Part shown: piece by piece, positions 37,791 through 51,074 of the stretch
How positions within the stretch are numbered: the first letter of the stretch is position 1
Layout: each line of letters starts with the position of its first letter
Origin: Eledone cirrhosa
Lineage: Eukaryota
Length of the DNA: 64,000 bases
Assembly: GCA_964016885.1 (NCBI GenBank)
Contig: OZ024742.1
Coordinates: forward strand, 45,942,001 to 46,006,000
Direction: 5' to 3'
Program-made: the position numbers and the translations under genes
Notes under the pieces: generated by a model
What the model was told of the DNA's origin: nothing
The model's input: only the letters and a program-made list of their open reading frames with translations
Databases searched by the model: none

Positions 37791-38936
37791 AGACAACCTC
37801 CCTAGTGTTGGTGATCTACATCATAAATACATCCAGTACAATCCTGGAAAGAGGTTGGTTGCAAGACAACTTGCCAAACAAAGGGTCAGAAGGACTCTTC
37901 AGTTGTGTCAAAGACATGACATCCTCCCTAGTACTGGTGCCATGATAAAATGCACTTGGTGGAGTGCGGGAATTGTGTCAGATCATCAACTCATTGAATC
38001 AATTGATAGGGCATGGGAATGTGTATAAGTGGGACGTATGTCTCTGGCCCAGTTGGGGGACTGTAGCTGTGCTTGAGTACTGACCAGTCCATGATGACCC
38101 ATTCAACTAATGCTAACAGGTAAAATGCATATTAAATGGTGATGATGATGATTACAATGAACACAGATGTGTGTATGTTTATTATGTACTTGTCATATAT
38201 TCACAGTTTCTATATATTGTTTCTTTTTATAGTAATTACCCTCCTTCAGATATTGTCCCAAACTTCCTTCTGCTTTTTATTGTATCTCTAAGGTTTTTAT
38301 GCCTTTGTACATGTGAAAAACTTAACTAGAATTATACGTTTTTAAGTCTGACTGACATATTACTTTGATTTCAATGTCAGCCTAAAACATTGCCCTGTAG
38401 AGGAAATATGTTAACGATTGTGTTACCATGGTAATTTCAGGTGTTAAGAAGTTATAAGGAAAAAATGTTATGACCACATGTTCCCTCATAATTTGCAGAT
38501 CAAGTTTCACGGGCTTTATATTTCTGGCATATTTGGCAATATATGCAAGTATAGAACAAACTTACATTTACATATATAGATGAATAGAGAGAGTGAGAGA
38601 GAGAGAGTGGATGTGTGGGAAAGAGAGGGTGCGAGAGAAAGAGAGATTATCTAAAGCTGAACATAACATATATATTATATACATATATAATTGTTTCTAC
38701 TTTTTGACACAAGGCCAGCAATTACTCCAGTGCATTACTAGTGCTTTATTTTATTGATCCCGTAAGGCAAAGTTAACCTCGGCGAGATTTGAACTCAGGA
38801 CGTAAAGGGCCATAACTCTATGTTGAAAAGCATGGTGTCTGACGCTCTACCGATACTGCCAAACCACCACCCTTATATTATATATATAATAATAATAAAA
38901 ATACAAAGGCCAGATTTCCATAATTCATTTTATTAC

Positions 38937-39578
38937 ATAAGGGAGAAATTAGGAATAAGAGGGATCAGATGTTGTTTACTCGAGAGAAGACTACGTTGGT
39001 ATGGTCACGTGATGCGCATGAAAGACAACAACTGTATAAAAAAGTGCAGGGTGATAAAAATAGACGGTAGCCACGGAGTAGGCAGACCCAGAACAACCTG
39101 GGACAACTTGATAAATTCCGACCTCACACACTTACACCTCTCCAAGACAATGTCACTGGACCGAGATCTTTGGCGCTACACAGTAATACAGAAGACCCAC
39201 CTTGCCTAAGTACAAAGCGAAACCTATGGTCAGTAGGCACCTCTTAACAAAAATACACCCCGTCCCACTACCCCCACACCACCGCTTTCGATGTAAAGTT
39301 ATGTTGGTACCACAACATCCAGTCCGAAATAAATGAGGTTGTGTAGGTGTCGCAACAAAAAAACACACAGTCCACGCTGTAATGTGGGCATGTAGGTAAC
39401 ACGGTAAAAAATTCCCAGTCCACACTGTAAACATGGTTGGTGTTAGGAAGGGCATCCAGCCGTAGAAAACCCGCCAGACAGTCCTATACGAGCAAGACAA
39501 CCAATCTTGCCTCAAGTGGGAATATTCCCGTCCAAACCCATGCAAGCGTGGAAGATGGACGTTAAACGATGATGATGA
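38937..39578 (+). mobile_element. RTE 3' fragment
   Basis: RCCLLERRLRWYGHV..., 3' UTR, (GAT)n. Confidence 0.9.
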
Positions 39579-39599
39579 ATTCACAGTAATATGTATTTC

Positions 39600-40125
39600 T
39601 AGTATCGGTAGAGGGTCGGACGCCATGCTTTACAGCATAGAGTTACGGCCCTTTCCATTCCGAGTTCAAATCCCGCCAAGGTTAACTTTGCCTTTCATCC
39701 TTACGGGGTCGATAAAATAAAGTACCAGTAATGTACTGGATAATTGCTGGCCTTGTGCCAAAAGTAGAAACAATTATTAATTACATAATACTGCCATCAT
39801 GGTATTACTGGTACAACCTCTTCAGACAGCATATTAGGTATACATCTATTATGTAATATATTTCTAATACAATACAGGCTATTGATAAGAGGACCAATTT
39901 GTATTTGATGTTGCTCTGTTCACTTGATTGCATGATCGCTGCTTTACATGATTAATAATTGTTTCTACTTTTGGCACAAGGCCAGCAATTATCCAATACA
40001 TTACTGGTACTTTATTTTATCAACCCCGTAAGGATGAAAGGCAAAGTTAACCTCGGCGGGATTTGAACTCAGAGGGTCTGATGCCATGCAAAGTATGGCG
40101 TCAGACCCTCTACGGATACTGTCAA
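39600..40125. mobile_element. Two (ATT)n-tailed SINEs in tail-to-tail orientation (39600-39780 +, 39955-40125 -)
   Basis: SINE core and tail motifs on opposite strands. Confidence 0.85.
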
Positions 40126-40199
40126 TTAATAATATCACAGTAATACGTATTAAGCAAATTACATAAGAAAATAAATCATGAAAATCTAGCCTTTGCATT

Positions 40200-43100
40200 T
40201 TTATTATTACAGTGTGTATAGTATATATTATTATCATTACAGTATGTATAGTATATATTATTATCATTACAGTGTGTATAGTATATATTATTATTATTAC
40301 AGTATGTATAGTATATATTATCATTACAGTATGTATAGTATATATTATCATTACAGTATGTATAGTATATATTATTATTATTATAGTATGTATAGTATAT
40401 ATTATTATTATTACAGTATGTATAGTATATATTATCATTACAGTATGTATAGTATATATTATTATTATTACAGTATGTATAGTATATATTATTATCATTA
40501 CAGTATGTATAGTATATATTATTATCATTACAGTATGTATAGTATATATTATTATCATTATAGTATGTATAGTATATATTATTATCATTACAGTATGTAT
40601 AGTATATATTATTATCATTACAGTGTGTATAGTATATATTATTATTATTACAGTATGTATAGTATATATTATTATCATTACAGTGTGTATAGTATATATT
40701 ATTATCATTACAGTATGTATAGTATATATTATTATCATTACAGTGTGTATAGTATATATTATTATTACAGTATGTATAGTATATATTATTATCATTACAG
40801 TGTGTATAGTATATATTATTATCATTACAGTATGTATAGTATATATTATTATCATTACAGTGTGTATAGTATATATTATTATCATTACAGTATGTATAGT
40901 ATATATTATTATCATTACAGTATGTATAGTATATATTATTATCATTACAGTGTGTATAGTATATATTATTATTACAGTATGTATAGTATATATTATTATC
41001 ATTACAGTGTGTATAGTATATATTATTATCATTACAGTATGTATAGTATATATTATTATCATTACAGTGTGTATAGTATATATTATTATCATTACAGTAT
41101 GTATAGTATATATTATTATCATTACAGTATGTATAGTATATATTATTATCATTACAGTGTGTATAGTATATATTATTATTATTACAGTATGTATAGTATA
41201 TATTATCATTACAGTGTGTATAGTATATATTATTATCATTACAGTGTGTATAGTATATATTATTATCATTACAGTATGTATAGTATATATTATTATTATT
41301 ACAGTATGTATAGTATATATTATTATCATTACAGTATGTATAGTATATATTATTATCATTACAGTATGTATAGTATATATTATTATCATTATAGTATGTA
41401 TAGTATATATTATTATTATTACAGTATGTATAGTATATATTATTATCATTACAGTATGTATAGTATATATTATTATCATTACAGTATGTATAGTATATAT
41501 TATTATCATTATAGTATGTATAGTATATATTATTATCATTACAGTATGTATAGTATATATTATTATTATTACAGTGTGTATAGTATATATTATTATTATT
41601 ACAGTGTGTATAGTATATATTATTATTATTACAGTGTGTATAGTATATATTATTATCATTACAGTATGTATAGTATATATTATTATCATTACAGTATGTA
41701 TAGTATATATTATTATCATTACAGTATGTATAGTATATATTATTATCATTATAGTATGTATAGTATATATTATCATTACAGTATGTATAGTATATATTAT
41801 CATTATAGTATGTATAGTATATATTATTATTATTACAATATGTATAGTATATATTATTATCATTACAGTATGTATAGTATATATTATTATCATTATAGTA
41901 TGTATAGTATATATTATTATTACAGTATGTATAGTATATATTATCATTATAGTATGTATAGTATATATTATTATTACAGTATGTATAGTATATATTATTA
42001 TCATTATAGTATGTATAGTATATATTATTATTACAGTATGTATAGTATATATTATTATCATTATAGTATGTATAGTATATATTATTATCATTACAGTGTG
42101 TATAGAATATATTATCATTATAGTATGTATAGTATATATTATTATCATTACAGTATGTATAGTATATATTATTATCATTACAGTATGTATAGTCATCATC
42201 ATCATCATCGTTTAACGTCCGTGTTCCATGCTTGCATGGGTTTGGACGGGGGTTTTCCCACTTGAGGCAAGAGTGATTGTCTTGCTCGCATAGGACTGTC
42301 TGGCAGGTTTTCTACAGTTGGATGCCCTTCCTAACACCAACCACATTTACAGTGTGGGGCTGGGAGGTTTTTACCGTGTTGCCTACACGGCCACATTACA
42401 GCGTGGACTGTGTGGTTTTTGTCGTGACACCTACACGATCTCATTTGTTTCGGCCTGGATGGTGTGGCACCAACATAACTTTACATAGAAGGGGGGCGGT
42501 GTGGATGGGGTGGGGGTGGTGGGACGGGGGTGTATTTTGTTAGAGATGCCTACTGACTGTAGTATGTTTTACTTTGTATTTAGGTAAGGCGGGTCTTCTC
42601 TAATAGTATATGTTATTATTATTACAGTATGTATAGTATATATTATTATCATTACAGTATGTATAGTATATATTATTATCATTATAGTATGTATAGTATA
42701 TATTATTATCATTATAGTATGTATAGTATATATTATTATCATTATAGTATGTATAGTATATATTATTATCATTACAGTATGTATAGTATATATTATTATC
42801 ATTATAGTATGTATAGTATATATTATTATCATTATAGTATGTATAGTATATATTATTATCATTACAGTATGTATAGTATATATTATTATTATTACAGTGT
42901 GTATAGTATATATTATTATTACAGTATGTATAGTATATATTATTATCATTATAGTATGTATAGTATATATTATTATCATTACAGTGTGTATAGTATATAT
43001 TATCATTACAGTATGTATAGTATATATTATTATCATTATAGTATGTATAGTATATATTATTATTATTACAGTGTGTATAGTATATATTATTATTATTACA

Positions 43101-43290
43101 GTATGTATAGTATATATTATTATTATTACAGTATGTATAGTATATATTATCATTATAGTATGTATAGTATATATTATTATTATTATAGTATGTATAGTAT
43201 ATATTATTATCATTACAGTGTGTATAGTATATATTATTATCATTACAGTATGTATAGTATATATTATTATTATCATTATAGTATGTATAG
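40200..43290. repeat. 30-bp satellite (27-33 bp variants), interrupted by an RTE fragment; remnants extend to ~47440
   Basis: Unit ATTATTATCATTACAGTATGTATAGTATAT, roughly 90 copies. Confidence 0.98.
42194..42600 (-). mobile_element. RTE 3' UTR fragment inserted into the satellite
   Basis: Reverse complement of about 30865-31270. Confidence 0.9.
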
Positions 43291-44769
43291 GAGAGGCAGG
43301 TCCATGCCGTCCAACAGCGTCATCGGACGCTGGACGGACGGACTGGTTAGATTGCTAGGGGTCTGGTTCGGTCCGGACCTCCAGACGGACAAAAACTGGG
43401 ACGAGGTGACGAGCAGGGTGGCTTCTCTCACCCAGAAATGGGCGGAGAGGAAGCTATCCCTGAAAGGTCGAGCGGAGGTGGCTAACGCGTACATCGCGTC
43501 TGTCATCTGCTACCGCCTGACCGTCGTACCTTGTCCTAAGCCTCGCTTGACTGCGCTGGAGCGTTTGCTCTTTCGCTTTTTGTGGAAGGGACGCGCTCCG
43601 ATGGTCAGGCGGTCCATCTGTTGTCAACACCCGTTACGTGGAGGGCTGGGCATGCCGTGGCTGATGATGCGCAGGCACGCGCTCAGGCTACAACATCTCC
43701 ACCTCTTCCTCGACGGTGATCAGGTGTGGTCGCCGTTTGCTAGACGCGTATTTCCCCAGCTCGTTTCCTTGACGGAGCTGCAGTCCTGGGTCAAGCGAAG
43801 ACCGAGAGGGAGCGCCTGGAGACTGGAATGTCTTCAGGCGCTCACAGCCCTCGACCAATCGGGCAATGTGATCGGTGGAAACTCCACCTCGGCGTTCTAT
43901 AGAGGATTAGTGGAGGGGAAGAGCGACGTCGTACTTGGGGAAACTCTAGGCGTCGACGAAAATCAACTAGCCAATCTCTTCGGAAGAACTTTCGGGCCAG
44001 GGCCTATGGACAACTTCCAGAAATCTCTGGCCTGGCAGTGCTACTGAGGAGCCTTGCCAGTTCGGGATAAACTCTACAGGCATGGAGGTGCCGTCAGCCG
44101 GGCATGTCCGAGATGCGCGCAGGGCGACGAAACCGTCCTGCACGCACTCGTCCAGTGTCCGAAAATTGCTGACTTGTGGGTTTATGTCAAACACCTGCTG
44201 TCACGTTTAGGACGGATCCGGCTATCATCTGAGTCCATCGTGAGGATTGCCCCGCCCTCCTCCTTTAGCCGGGAAGGGCAGGCAGTTTTTATCTGTCTGG
44301 TGGCCATGGCGAAAGAGATAGTATGGTGGACACGTTTGAAAGGGCTGAAGACGAGCACTTACCTCTTCGGTGATGCTCTGATTGACTTTTTCAAATTTCA
44401 TTTGAAAAGGAAAACCAGAGTAGAGAGGGAAGTGCGCTCTTCCCAGCATTTTGTTGAAAGATGGGTGAGAGAAGCAAGAATGGCCCGAGTGAATGGGCCT
44501 ACTCTGAGTATATATCTGTAAATTAAAGGTGGAAAACTGGGAGAGGGCACTTGCCTTGGTGGTCAGGGTCATTGTGGCCTTTTACTGGGCTTTCTCCACA
44601 AATGTCCCTCTGAAGTCTCCCCCCTATTGGGGAATTTTTCATTGTTATTTTTTGTTACATCCTCTGTTTTTGTTTTTTATACGCAGAAATGCCCATTTGT
44701 ACCGTCCTGTATTGTCCTACACTGTCCTTAATGTCTACTTTATGTAAACCCTTGTGGTTAATAAAGAAA
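43291..44769 (+). mobile_element. Tx1/L1-clade LINE, 5'-truncated ORF2 C-terminal half
   Basis: VRLLGVWF, LSLKGR, GGLGMP, CPRC..ETVLHALVQC knuckle; one in-frame stop; tail CCTTGTGGTTAATAAAGAAA. Confidence 0.9.
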
Positions 44770-44942
44770 TCATTATTATTGTATGTATAGTATATATTTT
44801 TATTATTATTGTATGTATAGTATATATTTTTATTATTATAGTATGTATAGTATATATTTTTATCATTACAGTATGTATAGTATATATTATTAGAGGGTCG
44901 GATGCCATGCTTTCCAGCATAGTTACGTTCCTTTACGATCTG

Positions 44943-46776
44943 GTGGCGGTCCTCGAGGCAGCCGGTTTCGGGCCCGTTTTCAGGGGTTGGATCGCAGCAA
45001 TGTACAGCGACATTTGCTCAGTTGTGAGGGTGAATGGTCACCTGTCGCAGCCGTTCAGCATCATGCGCTCAGTCCGCCAGGGTTGTCCCCTGTCGTCCCT
45101 CTTGTACGTATTGGCTCTCAAGCCGTTACTGCACAAACTGGGGGCGATGAGGGGTGTCCCACGCGAACTAGGATGCGGGAAATCCGAGTCGGCTTCGCTG
45201 ACGACGTCACCGTGGTGGTGTCGAACACCAGACATGTCCAGATGCTCGGCACCGCTCTCAAGGAATACGAAGTGGTGACAGGAACAAAGATAAACCAGGA
45301 AAAGTCAGTGGGTTTGCAACTCGGCACCTGGAGGGGCAAGTCCATGCTGTCCGACAGCGTCGTGGGGCGTTGGAACGAGGTGATGAGCAAAGTGGCCTCC
45401 CTCACCCAGAAATGGGCCAAGAGGAAGCTGTCCCTGAAAGGCCGCATGGAGGTGGTGAATGCGTACATCACATCTGTCATCTGCTACCGCCTCACTGTCG
45501 TCCCTTGCTCCAGCCCAACTCTCACCAAAATGGAGCGCACCTCTTCCGCTTTTTGTGGAAAGGACGCGCTCCCATGGTCAGACGATCCATCTGCTGTCAA
45601 CACCCGTTGCGTGGAGGACTGGGCATGCCATGGCTGATGATGCGCAAACATGCGCTGAGGCTGCGACATCTCTGGTGCTTCCTTGATGGTGAACAGGTGT
45701 GGTCACCGTTCGCCAGGCACGTTTTCCCACAGCTCGTCTCCTTGACGGAGCTGCAGTCCTGGGTCAGAAAAAGAACGAGGGATAGCGCTTAGAAACTGGA
45801 AATGTCTCCAGGCGCTCACTGCCCTCTGCCAGCTGGGCACTAGTATCGGTGGAACATCCACCTCGGCGTGGAGGTGAAGAGCGACGACATTCTCGGAGAT
45901 ATCCTGGGCGTCGAAGAAGATCAGCTGTTGCTCTCTTCCGGAGAACTTTCAACAGGGCCTATGGATAACTTCCAAAAATCCCTGGCCTGGCAGTGCTACC
46001 GGGGAGCGCTGCCGGTTCGAGATAAGCTCTACAGGCACGGAAGTGCCGTCAGCCGAGCCTGTCCGAGATGCGCGCAGAGCGACGAAACCGTCGTGCACAC
46101 ACTTGTTCAGTGCCCGAGCATTGCTGACTTGTGGAGCTATGTCGAACAGTTGCTGTCGCGTGTAGGACTGATCCGGTTGTCGACTGAGTCCATTGTGCAG
46201 ATGGTCTCGCCATCTTCCTTCGAGGAGGAAGGGCAGGCGGTTTTCATCTGCCTGGTGGCCATGGCGAAAGAGATTGTGTGGTGGACAAGGTTAAAAGGGT
46301 TAAAGACAGACACTTTGCTCTTCGGCGAATCCCTAATTAACTTTTTGAAGTTTCACTTGAAGAGGAAAATCAAGGTTGAGAGGCAAATGCTGCCTTCTAG
46401 CAAGTTTGTTGAAAGGTGGGTGAATGTAGCAAGAATGGTCCGAGTGAACGGGACCACTCTGAATATACGTCTGTAGTTTGAGAGATGGAAAAATTGAGAG
46501 AGAGCGCTTGCCCTGGTGGTCAGGGTGGCCGTGGTCTTTTGTGCGGTTTTCGCCACGAGTAACCCTCGGAGGTTTCTACCCTATTGGGGAATTTTTCATT
46601 GTTTCAATTTCCATTTTTATTGTTTATATATATATGTTTCTATGTCCTTTTTTTTTTTTTTTTTTCTTTTCTTATATAAATAATAAAAATATTTACACGC
46701 ACAAAACCCACATCGTACCGTCCTGTGCCGTCTGTAATGTTTTTCTTGATGTCAGCCCTTGTGGCCAATAAAGAAA
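44943..46776 (+). mobile_element. Tx1/L1-clade LINE, 5'-truncated, frameshifted
   Basis: RSVRQGCPLS, FADDVTV, KINQEKS, CPRC knuckle; tail CCTTGTGGCCAATAAAGAAA. Confidence 0.9.
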
Positions 46777-46829
46777 TCATTATAGTATGTATAGTATATA
46801 TTTTTATTATTATAGTATGTATTATAGTA

Positions 46830-47432
46830 TCCCTTTACGGTCTGAGTTCAAATCCCGCTGAGGTTTACTTTGCCTTTCATCCTTATGGGATCGATAAAAT
46901 AAAGTACCAGTAATGCACTGGGTAATTGCTGGCCTTGTGCCTAAAGTAGAAACAATTATTATAGTATGTATAGTATATATTTTTATTATCATAGTATGTA
47001 TGTTATTATAGTATTATTATCATTACAGTATGTATAGTATATATTATTATAGGGTTGGACGCCATGCTTTCTAGCATAGTTACGTCCCTTTACGGTTTGA
47101 GTTCAAATCCTGTTGAGGTTAACTTTGCCTTTTATCCTTACGGGGTCGATAAAATAAAGCACCAGTAATGCACTGGGTAATTGCTAGCCTTGTGCCAAAA
47201 GTAGAAGCAATTATTATAGTATGTATAGTATGGCGGTGGATTGGCAGTATTGATAGAGTGCTGGACAACATGTTTTGTAGCACAGAGTTATGGCCCTTTA
47301 CGTTCTGAGTGCCAATCCCGCTGAGGTTAGCTTTGCCTTTCATCCTTACAGGGTCGATAAAATAAAATGCTAGTAATGCACTCATTTAGTCGACTCTCCT
47401 CCCCAAAAAATTGTAGGCCTTGAAACCATTAT
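46830..47432 (+). mobile_element. Three (ATT)n-tailed SINEs interleaved with satellite units
   Basis: B-box, core and tail motifs repeated three times. Confidence 0.85.
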
Positions 47433-50189
47433 TATAGTATGTATTCTCTGTCATGGACTACCACATCGGAATTTGAAAGACACATGATGTTGAGTGCTTG
47501 ATCCTAATTACATTATTATCTATTAATTGGAGTGCCCTTGTGGCTAATAAAGAAATATATCTATTGGAGTGTTATAAAGTGTTGACTAGCCCCAGTTAAC
47601 ACATTATAACACACACAAAATATATATATATATAGAGAGAGATATTTGTGTACATATATGAATATATATATCATCATCACCACAGTTCTGGGTGGACACT
47701 AATTCACAATAAGCATATCACTGAAAATTTTTGTAAATCTGTGGGTGCACTATTGAAAGGTAAAGGAGGGGTTTGGGCAATGCCACTCAATCCCTACCCC
47801 AAATCCTTGGCAATGGGCCTACTTTAGTGTAGGGTGTCTTTTATAATAGCATGTATCACGAACCATCTTTCCGGGCTTCTCCATTGAATAAATAAAAAAA
47901 AAACCTGCCACTGTTTGTCATTTGTGGGTAGAATATGTTTGCAAATTCTAGCATTTGTCCCAGATATTTTATGAGAGGTATTTAGTGTATTGACTTTTCA
48001 CCTACTGTCTCTTTGCTTTATCAATACTGATGAAATATCACAATGAAAATATAATTTCTCATGAAATTGTTTGCAGTGGACATTGATTATATTTATTTAT
48101 TTTTCTGGCTGTCTGTTGAATTATTGATTAGGTATAAGTAGCATCAAAGTTGTTTTACATCTTTATCAATTGATTACTATCTATTTTTAATGATAAAATT
48201 AAATACGGAAAAGTTATTCAAGTGATGGTCATTTTTTTGGTTAATATTTTATATGCATTTTTTTCATGTAGGCACAGGTGAGGTTAATTTTTTGCTGTTT
48301 TGCTTATTTTGACAGCAATTGTTAAAATAGTTTCATAACTTTTTCTTATCATGACACATTTTAATAGGAGCACTGTATTGACATGTGGCGTTTCTAGGGT
48401 ATTTTAAAATCTGGTGGAGCTCACCTCATCTCCAGGTCTGAATACAGCAGATTTCTTCCAGAAAAAGATAGAGAGAGTGAGAGAGTGGAAGTGAGAAAGA
48501 GATATAAAGGAAAAATTGCCTAGTACTAGACTGATACTTTTTTTTATCAATCTCAAATGGATGAAAGGCAAAGTTGACCTTGGCGGTATTTGAACTCAGA
48601 AAGCAGAGAGCCAAAACGAATACTGCAAAGCATTCTATCCGACATTCTAATGACTCTGCCAATTTGCCACCTACAGATTTTAATATACTATTTATCAAAT
48701 GAGATGACAGCAGAATAACAAGAGTTATTCTGTGAATGTGTGATCTGTATTTACTACTCATTACTATCGTGTTGCTAACTGCTAGACTGTTGCATAGAAG
48801 TAGAACCTGCTTGTCATCTGAGTAACTGATGTGGCTACCTCTGTACATGGCAGCACATCTAACCCATTTTGAATGGGTTATATGTGATCATCATCATCAT
48901 CTCTGTTTAATGTCCATTTTTTCCATGCTGGCATGGGTTAGATGAGTTATTCTGTTGTGAGCAATGCCAGGTTAGGTGACCATGTTTTGCTTGTACAGAA
49001 CTGATTTTGGCTTGGTTTCTACAGCTAGATGACCTTCTTAGCACCAGCCTCATTTATAGGGAGCACTGGGTGCATTTTGTTGTCACGCCTACACAACCAC
49101 TTTACAGTATAGACTGGGTGTTTTTTTGTGTGGGCTGGGTGTTTTTTGCTTGTCACCATCATGACCATTTTACAGTGTGCTACATATTCTAATCTACCCT
49201 ACATATAACTTGAATGATGATGATACATATTCGAATCTAGCCTACTTATAACCTGAACAAAATTTCATATAAAATTCATCATCTTGCTGATGTTCTTTGA
49301 TGAGCTCTAGCTTAGCATGTCAATTGATCACGTTTTTTTTTTATCATAAGTAACATCATTAATAATTAATGATAACAAAGAAATAAAATGTAGATATTGA
49401 ACTATTAACGAAATTGTTTGTTTATTACATTTAGTTTACCACAATTTACACCTTTACACTATATTTGTATTTGTCAATCAACTTGTGGTAAACCTGTATT
49501 GTCAGTAAGGTTGCTGGTGACATGATAAAATGCACCCAGTATGCTCTGTAAAATAGTTGGTGATTGAATGGAAATAATTTAGGGTATGAGACTTCTCTAG
49601 TGCTGGTACTACACTCTAAATAGTGTTTGCACTCGTGAAACAATAAAATGCACCCACTACACTCTCTAAAGTGGTAGAAACCAAACCAAACCAAATATAG
49701 AATGTATGAGCAAGACATATTTAACCAACAAGTCTAGTCATAGACCACGGTGACCTGTATAACCTGTGCCAGCATGGAATATCAGGCAAAAAATGATGAT
49801 GATTGTTTTATTTTAGTTGTGATTTGAGATATAAAATGCTGCTTGATGTTTAAAAATAGAATTTATATCAAGTTTCTTTTGTTTAGATTTTTTTGGGGAT
49901 TAGTGACAAGAGAAAGTAAGAGTTGACAAGATTCATTTGACAGCTGGAATATATTTCAGTTCTTGTAGCAATGAAAAGAATTAAGTGGGCAGGTTGCTTT
50001 TTAACTCATTGATCATTGCTCCATGTACATAACTGTAATTACTGAAGAATGCAAACAATATGAATGTGTTATCACAGTTGCCGTCCCAAAAGTGTGATCA
50101 AACATCGCTACCCCAATGATACAGTCATACACGGTGTGGGAGAGCATTCTCTGATGGGCAGGACCCCAAGCACTGGCCACCCTGTGGTT

Positions 50190-50500
50190 CTAGTAGACAG
50201 AATGGAGAAAGCCTTACTCTGGAGAATAGCAAAGAAGATGCATTGGAATAGCCATTCCAATTGGTCGGGCTCACTCCTGTGGGTGGCCAACTCTACTCCA
50301 ATAGTAATGAGTATTGAGGTGGTTTGGGGACCAAGAATGGTGGAAGTCTCCACTATTGCAGGTTCAGTGATAAATCCAATTGAGAGCAGTAACTACTTCA
50401 ACAACTTGCAATATTTTGTTTGACATGTAGCAAATCTTGGGTCTGTCTCTGAATGCACCAAATTGACCCTGGAGAACATATTACTTTGATGCACATAACT
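50190..50500 (-). mobile_element. Old CRE-like retrotransposon C-terminal fragment
   Basis: VETSTILGPQ...IG..LA...EPDQLEWLFQCIFFAILQSKAFSILST resembles the CRE C-terminus pattern ETxGxLGP...WLxQRLSxAIxRGNAxSIL. Confidence 0.6.
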
Positions 50501-51074
50501 TGTGATATTGTTGTAGTTACTACTGTTGTTGTTGAAATACTACTTGAGGAGGAAGCTTGATGTGGTTACTATTATTGTTGTTGTTGTTCTGAGTTCGAAC
50601 CCCACCAAGGTTCATGTTACCTTTCAGCCTTTCAGGGTCAATAAAGGAAGTACCAACTCATTGCGAATGCTGCCCCTTCTCCTTCCGACTGTCACATTAT
50701 GGGTGTTCAAAGAGGGTGTTTGCATCTGCTCATGACTGTACAAGCACCTAAAACACTTAGTGAGAACATGGTATATATTACTAAGTCATACTCGATTGTG
50801 AGTGATGGCTGTAGTTTTTGTTTTAATTGAGAAGGGAGGTGCTGCCCTCCAGTAAATTCTATGAAAGGTGGAGAAGTATAGCAAAACATTGCATGACTAA
50901 TTGGGCCCACATTAATTATGTGGTTTTAGGTTGACAGCAAGTACTAAGAAAGGTCATTGATATTGATGTTGTTGGATAATATGGTGTTGTGTTTGGGGTT
51001 TCTGCACCATTTTGGAGAGCCATTTCTTGTTTTTTATTTTGTTCTATACATTTATTATTATTCTTATTATCATT

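Noticed and set aside
38424-38437. RFX X-box-like palindrome GTTACCATGGTAAT
   Set aside because: Single short motif with no promoter context
40001-42265. Three ORFs of 667-735 aa
   Set aside because: Translations of the 30-bp satellite, open only because the unit lacks stops in those frames; no evidence of coding function
48020-48070. CTGATGA...GAAA hammerhead-like words
   Set aside because: No convincing stem I or III; expected by chance in AT-rich DNA
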